Source: Bugula neritina
Taxonomy: Eukaryota; Animalia; Bryozoa
DNA: 64,000 nucleotides
NCBI GenBank assembly: GCA_964035545.1
Contig: OZ037765.1
Coordinates: forward strand, 10,240,698-10,304,697
Reading direction: 5' to 3'
Below are positions 24,988-37,600 of this stretch, in pieces. Each line of letters begins with the position of its first letter. Positions within the stretch are counted from its first letter, which is position 1. Under the pieces are notes generated by a model. It was not told the DNA's origin. It searched no databases and was given only the letters and a program-made list of their open reading frames with translations. A program made the position numbers and the translations under genes.

Positions 24988-27900
24988 TCACACAAGGCCA
25001 GTTCTAGAGCTAGGCATGAGTAACTGTGATGCTTTAGTGGCGTCTGGGAACAGCTGGTGGTAGTTTGGTAGAGGTACGTAGGCAGCAGTTATCATTTTAC
25101 CTGCAAATAACAACTTGAGTTGTTAACTTCATGATGCAACAGTAATAAGAAAGCCAACCTAATGGTAGCCACAACAGCATATCATAAAACCCACAATATT
25201 AACTAGACACAGCAGAAAGAAGGATTATTATAAGCCAAAATGTGTTCCAGCAGTATGTGGAAGCCAAATCCACCAACATGCCTCACCACAATCAAATGTT
25301 TAGTAACATGACTGATTTTATTGCCAAGCTTATTTATCAACATATAACAATAGTGGTTAGATAAACAACCCACCCGCAAACCAGCGGCCATGGAGAGCAT
25401 TCACCGAGGCTACAGCACTGGCTATACTTGGGCACTTGACATACACATTGCCCTGCGCCGATGACTTGTCTACATAAATGTGTAGAACACCGCCATGCTT
25501 GTTGCACTCCTCTATTACATCGTCACGGATCTCTACGTCAAAGTTAGGGTTAGCCTCTCTGTAAAACACACAACATAAATAGAGATGCGCAGCACTTGTC
25601 ACCCACATGTGTAGATACAATAGCATGTGAATATACAACGGAGTACTTCGTGAGTGAAACCTACGTGTTGGTATCAAACATGTTGCTAAGCATGAAGCAT
25701 TGAGTAGCAATAGGTGGTGTAGGCTGAGATAGAGCTGGTAGCTGGTTAGTCATCTGCATGTCCAGAGCGTTCTGTGCTGCAGCTGGCAGACTGAATCCAG
25801 AGCCTTCAGCTAACTTCGCCATCAACGCTATTCTGCCAGTGGCTCCCAGATCATATCCTGATATCACATAATATAAGCAGTGTAATAACAGCTGTCGATA
25901 GACAAATACAACACAAGTAATAGCATGACTAAAATATACATAATCATGCAAATTACAGATGAGAAACAGATGGATGTAGTTTTACTACAACACAATGAGA
26001 ATTGGGAGTATTTTCAACAGTATCGGTTCGACAAGTGTTCCTCCATCTCAACACACAGCACTTACCATGTCTTTCTAGCTCTTCATTATCGTAATTATCC
26101 TGTCCCATCATGCCTTCTTGCTTTTCAGTTACATGGCCGACTTTCATTGGACGTCCAGCAAGTTCAAAACCGTTGAGCTGGTTCATAGCCTTTACTGCAT
26201 CGTCAGCATTCTTATACTAAATTAGATATAAATACAATCATAAGTTCAACACCAGTGCAATGGCCATGTAAGTGAATATTCAGTATTCAATATTCTATAA
26301 AAACTTACAGTAACAAAGCCATATCCTTTAGATTTATTGGTCTCTGGGTCTAGAACAAGGTTGATGTGTTCAATCTACAAATAGACCAACCACGAGATTT
26401 AATAGATCACATGACTCTCTTACATGATAACATTTGCAAAGTATGAAAAAAAAAATTGTTACATGAGAGAGACGAGAACTTACTCTTCCGAAAGGCTCAA
26501 ATATTCCTCTCAACATGTCCTCGTCAATATTAAAATGTAGCGACCCGACGTACAGCCTCATCGGTCCGGTATTCTGTCCGCGCAATAAGTTCATCGTTGC
26601 CTGGCCAGCGGCCCTGTTCTTCTCGGCCTGTGACTGCTGCACTAGTATAGGGACACCCAGTAACTTCTGGTTATTGAGACCCATGGCTAAGGCAACAGAC
26701 GCCACATCTACAAACTCCACGTAAGCAATACCTTTGGACCGGCGGGTCTTGTTGTCGGTGATCAGCTTCACGTCTTTTACCTGCCAACACAAGAGTAGAG
26801 GGTAGAGGATAGAGATGCTGTAGACTGAGCAGCATGCAGCAAGCAGATGCGTACGTTACTACTGCTCCCAGATAGTCAACACTGCCCGCTTGCTTACACC
26901 ACAGAAGACGAGTCACGTTACCTTGCCTACAGACGAGAAGAACTCCTCCAGGTCCCTTGACCTGATTCTAGCTGCTAGCTGCATGCAAAACACAGTTCGA
27001 GCATCTCTTTCTTCAGGAGTGAGTATTGGGGATTTCTCTCTTCTAAGAAAATATTTGAAAAGACATCACGACACACATTCACACATCACTTCACAGAATG
27101 CTTGGTTTACTACAAACAACTTTATTGACTAACTTTCTAGGTGGAGACGCCACCCTCCTCACAGGTGATGACCTTCTTTTACTTCCTCTATCTCTATCCC
27201 TCTCTCGAGACCTGTTTGACCTCCTCTCTTTTGATCTACTTCTCCTCCTTTCTCTAGATCGGCTCCGCTTCCTGCCCTTATCTCGGCTACGCGAGCGGCG
27301 TCTGTCTCTATCACGTCTGTCGCGGTCATCTCTACAAGGTTTTGAGAGAACACAGTTTACAGTGTGCACAGCAGTAGCACAAACAAGTATAGGATTCAGT
27401 ATTGTGCTTTATGGCCTATGAGCAGCCCTACCTATACATGTCAGTCCAAATGACTAAATAATGTATCATGTTATAGCATATCCTAAAGATAACTTTTTCC
27501 AACATTTGTCTTCACATTGTAAAATATATTTTTGCAGCTTTCAAAACTCGTTGAATTCATGAAGTTTCAAGCTTTCTAAACAATGTCTTCAGTACATGCC
27601 AATAATGCATGATTTACCACTAGATACACAAAAATAATTTATGAATCGTTAATGATTAATTGGCAGTTCACATACTTACCCTACCATTGTCTAGATTCAA
27701 CAAATTCAGGGTTGGAGTCACTTACAATTACAATTGAAAAGTTATGTAATTAATTACAATTACATCGCAATGTAATTAATTACAATTACTTTTGTTCTCA
27801 GAAGAGATAAATAGAAGTTATGCAATCTCATTTCTACGGCCTAACTACCAGGGGAAATTTTGTTCTCAACAGTGATACTATACTACATTGAATTAATCTG

Positions 27901-29592
27901 AACTTTTTATTTAACAGTAGGCGTGGTAAAAAAAGCATGAAGTTTTCAAGATTTAAAAGTTTGAAGTAATTGACATGTAATTATAAAGTAATTGTAAAAA
28001 TCAATTACATTAGATATGTAATTAATTACATTTACATTTTTATACATCAAATACAAATTACATTCAATTACTTGAAAAAATGTAATTAGTTACAACCAAT
28101 TACAAATTAAAATTACCCCAACCCTGTCAACAATAGGCTTCAAATACCAAGACTGCAAAATTACCTTCTACTAGAGCCGCGATCTCTACTCCGACTTCTT
28201 TTTCGCTTTTCACTTTTGTGATCTTTGTTCTCCTACAAGCATAAATAACGGGCTACGTGTCACAATGGGTCAGCATATGGAGAATTGGTACTGGTCAACA
28301 ATAAAGACCCTAAATGGTATACGATGGTTTAAATTGGCAGTGTTTCTACTTACTAAGTGTTGAGAAGCTAGCTAGAACTCACTACTCCAACCTACAACAG
28401 AGCATCTTTGCAATGCACTAAACACATAACACTCCGTGAGTTCAACGCCCAAACTTCTTTCTAACACTCCATTCAATTGTTTCACCCTTTAATATTATTA
28501 TTCTAGAAAGGGAGTCAAATCAAAGGCTGATTTTGACTGTTTTATTAACTAGTTTTTCACTATGACCAGTACCAATGAACTATACATGCAGGTAACTACA
28601 TCAAGTGTTAATAGAAAGATCCTTTGACGAGTAACCACTTCATGTCAACCGTGTTAGACTGATCACGAGCAAGGACTAATCCATACACCGGCCATCCTGA
28701 CAAACAAAGGATCCAAAAGTCAGCCAAATCAAATGGTCCTCAAGCAATTAGAATTCATCAAAAAACATACATTATAACTCATTATTCTATATTCTAGCCT
28801 TATGTGAAGCAATGCAATTTTTAACATAAATTAGCAATGATATAGGCTTTTTATAACATAAAGTTTAATATTTTATAGTAATGTGCAGTGTAATGTTTTA
28901 TTAAAATATGTTATACAATAACCTGATACAGTTTATGGATTAATATACACTATTCTGTTGCAGTATTTCAATATTATTGTGCGAACTTACGCATGGCTAT
29001 CATAATATTAACAATATTTATTTTATAGTAAATTCTCGTATTTGCAATATTACTTTGCAGCAGCAAAATTAGGATTATTCTTTCATAGAACCATCAGAAT
29101 TCACAGATCTGAGGTGAGAAGATGGATTAGACACCGGCTCAACAGTTGAGTCAGAATAACATGAAAAATATGAATGATGAAAGTTACTTATCAAAAGCTG
29201 GGGCCAGTTGCTAAGTCTGCTAAATGTACTTAACTCAACAAAACAAACCACATTGCTACCTTTATTTTGGTTCAGCATCTTTGACAGAATCAAGGTATTG
29301 ATTCTTTGTTCTGATGTATAGCTGAAAAGCCTGGGAGTGGCAACATATCTATAGAGAGAAAAAGTTTTATCTGTTAAATTGAATATTTAGATTGGCAGAG
29401 CGAAAAATCGAGTGTGACGAAAGTACTGGACAGATTGTGCTGCAGATAGAATATATAAATATAAGAAAACTCCACAATCTTATACAACAAAGCGACTTTA
29501 TTGTAACAATAGTCTTTGTTTTCATTATATGCCTGTACCTTCTCTTTATATGGAGCTTCCAGCATTGCTTCAACATCTAAATCATCTGCCAT
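24988..29592 (-). CDS. RBM39: RNA-binding protein 39 (CAPER): RS domain, 2 RRMs, UHM
   Basis: MADDLDVEAMLEAPYKEK start, RS repeats, ERDARTVFCMQLAARIR, PMRLYVGSLHFNI, IATQCFMLSNMF, ALHGRWFAGKMITAAYVP. Ten coding exons at approx. 29592-29539, 28232-28165, 27331-27134, 27042-26922, 26780-26484, 26374-26309, 26216-26065, 25857-25665, 25558-25374, 25100-24988. Confidence 0.96.
27707..28126. mobile_element. hAT-like MITE with AATTAC/GTAATT internal repeats
   Basis: CAGGGTTGG...CCAACCCTG termini, near-duplicated flanks TCAACAA(AT)T / TCAACAAT, many AATTACA motifs. Confidence 0.8.
28580..28696 (-). other. Candidate RBM39 poison exon (3' boundary uncertain)
   Basis: Minus strand GGCTGAC branch-like motif, then TTTTGGATCCTTTGTTTGTCAG, then GAT GGC CGG TGT ATG GAT TAG in frame with coding exon 1. 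Confidence 0.55.
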
Positions 29593-29759
29593 GTTGATAC
29601 TTTTACTGATTTAACTTCTTAAGAGGGTTAGTCAGGCACGGAGCAATTCTTTGGCTAAAATAAGTTTGATAGCTACTAACTCATCAACATATCCATATTA
29701 TTGTGTCATTTGAACAACTGTCATAACCATAATCTCCCACCATAAACCATAATATTGAA

Positions 29760-29836
29760 AATGTGCCATTTGTGCCCTATTACCGGTGCTATTATTACCT
29801 GTGCCGTTTTTACCGTGTCATTTCTACCGGGCACCG
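29760..29836. repeat. Terminal fragment of a repeat with ~15-bp GTGCC..TTACC subunits
   Basis: GTGCCCTATTACCG GTGCTATTATTACCT GTGCCGTTTTTACC GTGTCATTTCTACCG GGCACCG; no partner end found. Confidence 0.5.
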
Positions 29837-30420
29837 ACTATGACTATTAGTATCAGTATGAGTATGACTATGAGTACAGTTAAAGTTAATCAGTTATAGT
29901 TATACCTAAACGTTGTACCAATCGGGAGACTCAGTCTCATAGTGATACTCATATTGATAGTGATACTGTATGTCACTGTGACTATCACTATGTGACACTG
30001 ACTGTAAGTACTAAGTTAAGTTGAGTTACTCTTAGTCTTCCTTCTAGTTCTTACTCTTAGACTCAACTTTAACTTAGAGTATAAGTATTACTATTAGTAT
30101 TAGTAATGGTATTACTATTAGTATAACAGTAACTATTAGTATTACTATAACTATAAGTATAAGTATAACTATAAGTTTTAGTTATATTAATACTATAAGT
30201 ATAACATTAACTTAAGTATAACTAATAACTATAAGTATAACATTACTATAAGTATAAGTATAACAATTAAGTATAAGTATAACTATTACTATTAGTATTA
30301 GTATTACTATTAGTATTAGTATTAGTATTACTATTAGTATTAGTATTACTATTACTATTAGTATTTGAGTATTACTAATAGTAATATATTACTATAATTA
30401 TAACTATTAGTTACAAAATT
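29837..30420. repeat. Low-complexity TATTAG/TATTAC/TATAAG tract in the RBM39 5'-UTR intron
   Basis: Direct inspection; lies between the candidate donor near 30475 and acceptor near 29655. Confidence 0.8.
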
Positions 30421-30475
30421 AACTTTTTATTTAGTTTCTGTAATATAGACGACAATTTGATTGACAAATAAATAC

Positions 30476-30600
30476 CTTGTTTTAGCGGAAGCCTTGAGGA
30501 TAATTGTATAAAAATTCAACTAAAGAGCTAACCCTAGCGGAAGGTAATTTCAGCGTTGAAGTCGATAAAAATGGCGCAACATGCCGTGGATAATTTTTTA
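30476..30600 (-). promoter_or_regulatory. Putative RBM39 first non-coding exon/TSS region with YY1-like motif
   Basis: Locally CpG-rich; AAAATGGCG at 30568-30576; minus-strand donor AAG|GTATTT near 30475. Confidence 0.5.
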
Positions 30601-32495
30601 CGAATTCAGTTGCTACATTAATTAAAAAAGAAGACAACACCACTAAACGTCCTTCGACAAAATTTGATACGAAATCAACAATATAATAATTATTAGGAAT
30701 GGTAGACATCTACCATCTCTGGCTAGTATTAGGCCGCAAAAAAAACAAATAGACTCATAGTTCGTCTGTTAATGATCTGCAGGTCTTCATAAAATAAAGC
30801 TAACTAGTTCGCTCGAGTATAGAAGCCTGGAAAAAGACTTGAAAAATGGCACAGCCCTTTGAAGTTTAGACTTGAAGTTTTCAATAAAGATGCATACACA
30901 GAGAATTTATTCTACCAATTACCTACTTAATCAAAAGGACTACCAGTTCAATGTCTTAATTGTCAAGAGCGTCAAACCTTTTTAGAGTGGGAGGTCAATG
31001 GAAATAAGGATATGGAATATTTCGTCGATTACAATATTATTTTGAAGAATTTAGCTTGAGCTAAGAGACACAGCGTCAGTATTTTTCAAATTTCTAATAA
31101 TCATTACATACAATGAAGTTCCAATAATTACTGCAGGCTGCATGTTTTGTATCTTGCATATAATTAAAATATTTCAAAAGTGGCTTGTCAGCTATAATTT
31201 ATATGTGTGAGTATAATATTTGAGATAGCATATAATATAATATAATTTAATGCACCAAACAATACACTACATATTTTCATACAAAGCACAATATTTTTGG
31301 TTACATATTCAAACTAGATGTCAGTGTTGAAGGTCTTCTTTGGTATAGGTAGCTTTTACAAGTTGCAACCATAAGTGAGATACTTTGTAATTTGCTTAAG
31401 ATAATTTCAGTGTCTGGTTTAAAAATTATATTTCATATGTCTAATCAGTTGATGAAAATGAGGTCTTAGGGGGCGTTTTAGGACAAAACTTGTTTTACAC
31501 ATGGGAATATGTGTTTTAAATATACGACTGTTTTTGTTACAGACCAGTTGGCAAAATTAATAAAAAATAATTCTAATTTCTTGTGCCTTTGAGGTCCACA
31601 TAAATTTTTGGCTGTGGGCTGCATCCGGCCCTAGGGCTGCCTGTTGGACAGCCCTATTTTAAGTTCTATGCCAAAGTAGTAAAGGTATGGTAAACAATGT
31701 TTTGTAAATTGTAGATTGAATAGGCAAATAAAAACTTTTTATTTGTTAAATTGCATCAAATTTATTGTTTGTGATGATACATATAGTACAGGTGTAACTT
31801 TAGATAATAATAATTATAAGCATTCTCGCCTTTCATAAAAAGGTTATTATCATTCAATTAATATTGCATAGGTAAATATAAAAATGTCGGATTTATGCTA
31901 ATAATCAAGTACAGTGACTTTACAAGCAAAATTTTAACATTCTATGCGCTAGCTGGCAATTACAATAATATAATGTGATGCAAGTTCCAAAACGATATAA
32001 AACATTTTGTACTTGTATCATAATGCACTCGGTGCAAGCTAAAACCAAACATTCAGTGCATCTAGGAAAATAATAGCAACAAGTATAAATATAAATTTAT
32101 CAGATGCCTACATATACATTTACATAGTAAAATAATAATTATACTAATAATATGGATAACAAGAAAATTGGATACTAACTATGAATGCGTATATCAATCA
32201 GTAATATATAAACCTATCAAAACACTGAAAATGAATATAGCAAAGAATACCTGCTTCGATTATAATACCTTAAAAGATCCTAACTTTATTACAAGCACCA
32301 AAAATATTGTAATTATTATACGAACGGTTACCATGATATGTAAACTTAAACGGAATTCGTAACATATAATTCTTATACATAAAAAAGCAAAACATAACTT
32401 AAAAGCACATATCAATCACACAACTGTAACTGAAGGAGAGTTTTATGATATATTATAATGGTGGGAAATGAACAGTGGGCAGGCATGAGTATAAG

Positions 32496-34552
32496 CTATG
32501 TTGGAGCTGGAACAACTTCTAGTCTGATTGTTCCTTTCGAGTTCTTCAATACGGAAACTGCTTCTTCGTGAGTGGCACCATCGAGTTTGTGGCCATTCAC
32601 AGATATTATCCTGTCGCCTCGCTTCAGACGACCATCATTAGAGGCAGCACCTCTCTCAAATACAGTTTTTATATAAATCGGTAGATTTCCATGTGGACTT
32701 CCAAATCCCCCGACAATAGAGAAGCCAAGGCCTTCAGACCCTTTGACCAAGACTACTTCTATCACTTCATTTTGCCTACAACATACAGTTATAATAAATA
32801 AAAGATCCTGACCGAATATACATAGTCCAATCTATGTAATACAACAAATAATTTTGCTTACTGCTACTTTGATAGAAAATAACAATCGCAATAAAACTAT
32901 GGAGAAATTTGATCAAGAAAATTAGAGCTATACTTCATGCAGGTTATGCATGTATACTCCGTAAATCGTACCCCTTCACGGAACTCTCATCCCCGCTGTT
33001 TTCCTCTGCGGAGCTGCTTTCTTCCGCTGCCGGAGCAACCTCTATTTCTACGGAACCCTGAGCCTGTTTGAGCAGAGCTACAGCCTCCTTATGAGTCATC
33101 ACCTCCGTGCTTTGCCCATTGATAGCAATTATCTGCTCACCCACCTGTATTTAGGCACGTATAACAATATTGTATTGCAATGTCGTTTGCATTGAGCTTA
33201 TAAAACTTTGTCATAAAATAATGCTAGTAATAATTTTTAATAGTGCATTTTTGTGCTTGAAAGCGAGTAAAGTTGTTCGGGCAATGCTTTTAACAGATGT
33301 ATGTGTTTAGAATTGACAATAATATCAAAGCCCTTACGTACAATAATACGTTTGCTTTTAGATTTCAGCTAAGATATAATTTTGCAATGGTAATTGTGTA
33401 TTTTCATAATACTGGCCATTGATAGCAATTATCTGCTCACCAACTTATAGTTAAGTACATATTATAATAGCTTTACTAGAGAAAATAATGATCAATTCAA
33501 CAGTGATGTAAAACATGAAAATGTCACAGCTAACTATAAGATGAATACATGAATATTTATACATTGTGTAGCTGATATTCTCTTACCGCAACTTTGGAAG
33601 CAGCGTGCCCTTGAGCATAGGCTATAATGACAGGTCTATCTCCAATAGGTGACCCTACGCCACCAGCTATGCTGATACCCAAGGCTCCATTTCTATCTTT
33701 ATCCAGCACAACTTTTCTTCTGTGACTAAACTTTGAAATCGAGCCTAAAACACAGCATGTGAATAGCTAGTAGAATATATAATGAAAAGTAAAAAAATAG
33801 TACAGTGTGCCTACAGTAGGGTCCAAAACCAATACTTGGTGTTAAAATATTATGACATGTACATATACAAAAATTGCTTATTAGCTAGTACTATGTCTGA
33901 GGCTAACCCGTCCCAACATTCATACTAACATATATTGGAATTATACTAAGGAATCTATAAATAGACTGAGAGTAACGTGTACCTGAGTAATTTAGCTCTC
34001 CGTCACTGATACTGTTCTGTCTTGAATTATGGCCAGAGCCCAATTTAAGACGACCAATAACCAGCTCCACTCTGCCACTAACACTCTACAAGCACAACAA
34101 TGGGTACCTGACCACCGCATAGCACACAGCTACTGACTAGCGCTACAACATTACCAGCTCAACAGGAACTTCACCAGTAGATTGAGCTGTGACTAGGCAA
34201 TACTAACCTTGAGAACATTAACTGCTTCTTCCTGACTCATTTGTCTCATGTCGTGTTCATTTACACTCATGATCTGATCACCTTGACAGAGACGGCCATC
34301 TTTCTCAGCAATTCCACCAGCGACCTAGTCAATGACATGAATGTTCACTTATTTGTATATTATTAGGATGGTGCAGTATAGCTACAGTTAATGTACCAAG
34401 ATATGCTATTTAATTCATAATATTACATTATAATATTACATTATAATAATATATATATATATAATATTATATTACAATATATACATAATACATTATAATA
34501 TATATAATAGTACATTATAATATGTAATATTACATTATAATATATATGATAT

Positions 34553-34639
<87 letters not shown>

Positions 34640-37600
34640 TAATATTAATTGTATGTGAAAATGAGTCATTTAGGCTGTCAAACAATAATTGTGTTCATAC
34701 TGGCAGGTATTCTGACAATAAACAATAATAAAACAATAATGCAAATCATTTCCCGTAGAAAAAAATATTAGTTTATTGGTTTTCAAGTTGAGATTCAGAA
34801 AGATTGTTTAAAGAATAAAGTTAACAGTTTCTCTAGAAGCCTTCAGAAGATCCAGTTATTAAGATAAGATGTTTTAAGAAAAAGATTTTGAGATGCTCTT
34901 TCAGAAAAACCTAAACCAATAAGACGCAGAACAAAGAATAACGAGACGCTAGCATAGCTGAACAGGCCATGTTGACATTTTCATACAACAAGAAAAACCT
35001 ATTGAAAAGGCATAAGTATATTATTCTAAATTCGTTATAATTTATACAGAAAGTATTTTTGATAAATAAAAACTCGACAGAAAATAAGTTGACATACCAC
35101 ATCGGATATGAAGACTCCGACGTCATTCCGTTTCCCAACAATACTCAGCCCAAGACCTCTGTTACTCGGTTTGTTGAGCACAACTGTGAACTTGTCGTAG
35201 AGGTCTTCTTCTTTGTATTGTTCTGCATCTCTGAACACTATCATCGATACTTTGATTGGGGTCTGCCTCAAGTACTACAGCAAACGAGGGGAGATACAAT
35301 ATATACACACTACACCATATAAAGTATACTCACTATAACACAACCCTGGAAGATGTAGAGTGCAACACCATATGATGTAGAGTACAATAATCATAGCAAG
35401 GATAGCATATAATAGCAGAGCATGTTACAGTAGAATTCCAGTAGAACAAGAGTTTGCTAGAAGATACAAGTGGAGATAACCACTCACTTGTATAGCCTCG
35501 TCGTGTGTGGCGTTTCTAAGGTCATTGCCACTAACTTCCAGGATCTGATCACCTGCCAAGAGCCGACCGTCTCTTGCTGCAGCTCCCTCTGGATACACTT
35601 CATGAATGATAATCGCACCCTAAACAAGAGAGTAGATAACTGCTAAACGTCTGCATTTGCTCTAATAAGCAGGTGTAAACACATCCTAGCTAGGCAACAA
35701 TATTTTGGGAGCAAACAATCCAGCTACTTTATGCTGTACAAATATACTGCAGTTATGTAGTGAACAGAATATTCCAGCATGTGGTGAGAAAACCATGAGA
35801 ATAAAAAACTTACACAAATACAACATATTATCTGCCAATTATAATATCAACTGCTTGCAAATCGACTTCAACGCTGAAAATTATACCTTCTTGAATTCGC
35901 TTTCAAGTTCGATTTTTGTACAAACAACTTATTAGCTTTTAGGCTCCCATTAATACGTTATCATGTTGCTGACTTACTAATAGAGTGTCAGAACCGCCCA
36001 CAATGCTCAGGCCAAGCCCAGTCTGTCCTTTATCTATCAGAATGTGTATTTCCTGACCCGGTACAACCGGTCTGCTCAAAGCACCTGCATCGTCCTCCTC
36101 ACTGCTCTCACTAGCCGTGTCTTGCACAGTTGTGTTACGTAACGTGGCGTGTAGTATATCTCCATTATCCTTCCCCGACTGCGAGTGAATCATTTCCGGC
36201 GAGCCGGGATGAGGGGAGACGATTAGTGAGACGGATCCAACTTGACTTCTCAATAACTCAATAACCTATGAAAACAGCAAACAAAATTTCAGGACTATAC
36301 GTGTGACACGTCGGTAAAGTATGAACGAAGTCGGTCAACCAGAAGAGAAGTCATTGGTCACTAAACTTGAAGAAGATTCTACATGGCACTGACCTTCTCA
36401 TACGAAGTCTCCACCACAGAAATATTGTTGACTGCCAACAGCTGATCCCCAACACAGAGCTTGCTCTGAAAGTATGAATCATGATGAGTAGAAATACACA
36501 AAGTTTACAAGCTGACAAAAGAAGTTTGAATATCCCAATTCTCATAGTACACTGCTAATCTAACTGTCGAAAAAACATATGAATGGTGTTTAAAAATGTT
36601 CCAAAATACTTTCATCATGCTTGTATGTCAACAGTTCATAAATGTAGGTTTGCAGTTCTGACAAGGTACTTAGTAATTAAAACAATCATGTTACAGCTCT
36701 ACAAAAAGGCAACTTCTTTTAAAAAATAAAACAACAAAATATTAGCAGACACATAATTCTCCTTTCAACTGTACAACAACTATGAATTCGCATGTTTATG
36801 AATAAAAGAAAACAACTCCCCAAGCTAACTAATTTGATTCATATACCGAATAATAGATCCTCGTACAATATTTCTGTACTTTTTAGCCAGGAACCATTAA
36901 AGAAATAGACTTGAAACAGGGAACCCTTATCACAGAAACTATCTAAATACCTACAGCATGTTTGAGCGTAAGAACTAGAAACAGCCACGTACCGATGCAG
37001 CTGGTCCACCAGGAATCACCGTCTTTATGTATATACCCTTCTCGCCACTGATGCTGCCATCCATAATAGCAAACCCAAGACCCTTAGAGCCACGCTCCAA
37101 CTCAATCTGTTCTAGTTTATGGAAATTTGTAAAATCAAGTTCACTAGAGTGAGGCGAATGATTAGCCTGTGATTTGTTAAGAACCGCCTTTAATTCTCTA
37201 TAGTTGGGTGATCGCCCCAGCCTGTCATCTAAATCGCTGTGTCTATCAATAAAAAGATCAGAAAAATTAAAGGCATCTAGTGAAATACTTGACAACGAAA
37301 GCTCAATGTATAAAACAATTAGGAGAACACCTCTGCCTGTTATACAGATTTAAGGCTTCACCACTGCACAAAAACAGTGACGGAGTGGAGAAGGAATCTA
37401 ACAGCAAACGTATAAACAACTTCTCATTTGAAAGAAATCATAGCCAGTCATATTAAAGTAATGCATTACATAACATAATATATATAATAGTGGCATCATA
37501 TATAAAGACAGTAGTGATTTCAATAACTGGAAGACTGTTGAAGGAAACTAATAACTACACTAGAACTCAGCTGCACAAACCACTCAGAGAAATTACAAGC

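Noticed and set aside
24623-24991. 122-aa minus-strand ORF behind the RBM39 stop
   Set aside because: Non-ATG start overlapping the stop, lies in the probable 3' UTR, not in frame for readthrough, no recognisable motif.
27098-27421. Leu/Ser-rich plus-strand ORF
   Set aside because: Antisense shadow of the RBM39 RS-domain exon.
29170-29316. C/D-box snoRNA (ATGATGA...CTGA)
   Set aside because: Boxes are on the plus strand, antisense to the RBM39 host, and no terminal stem is evident.
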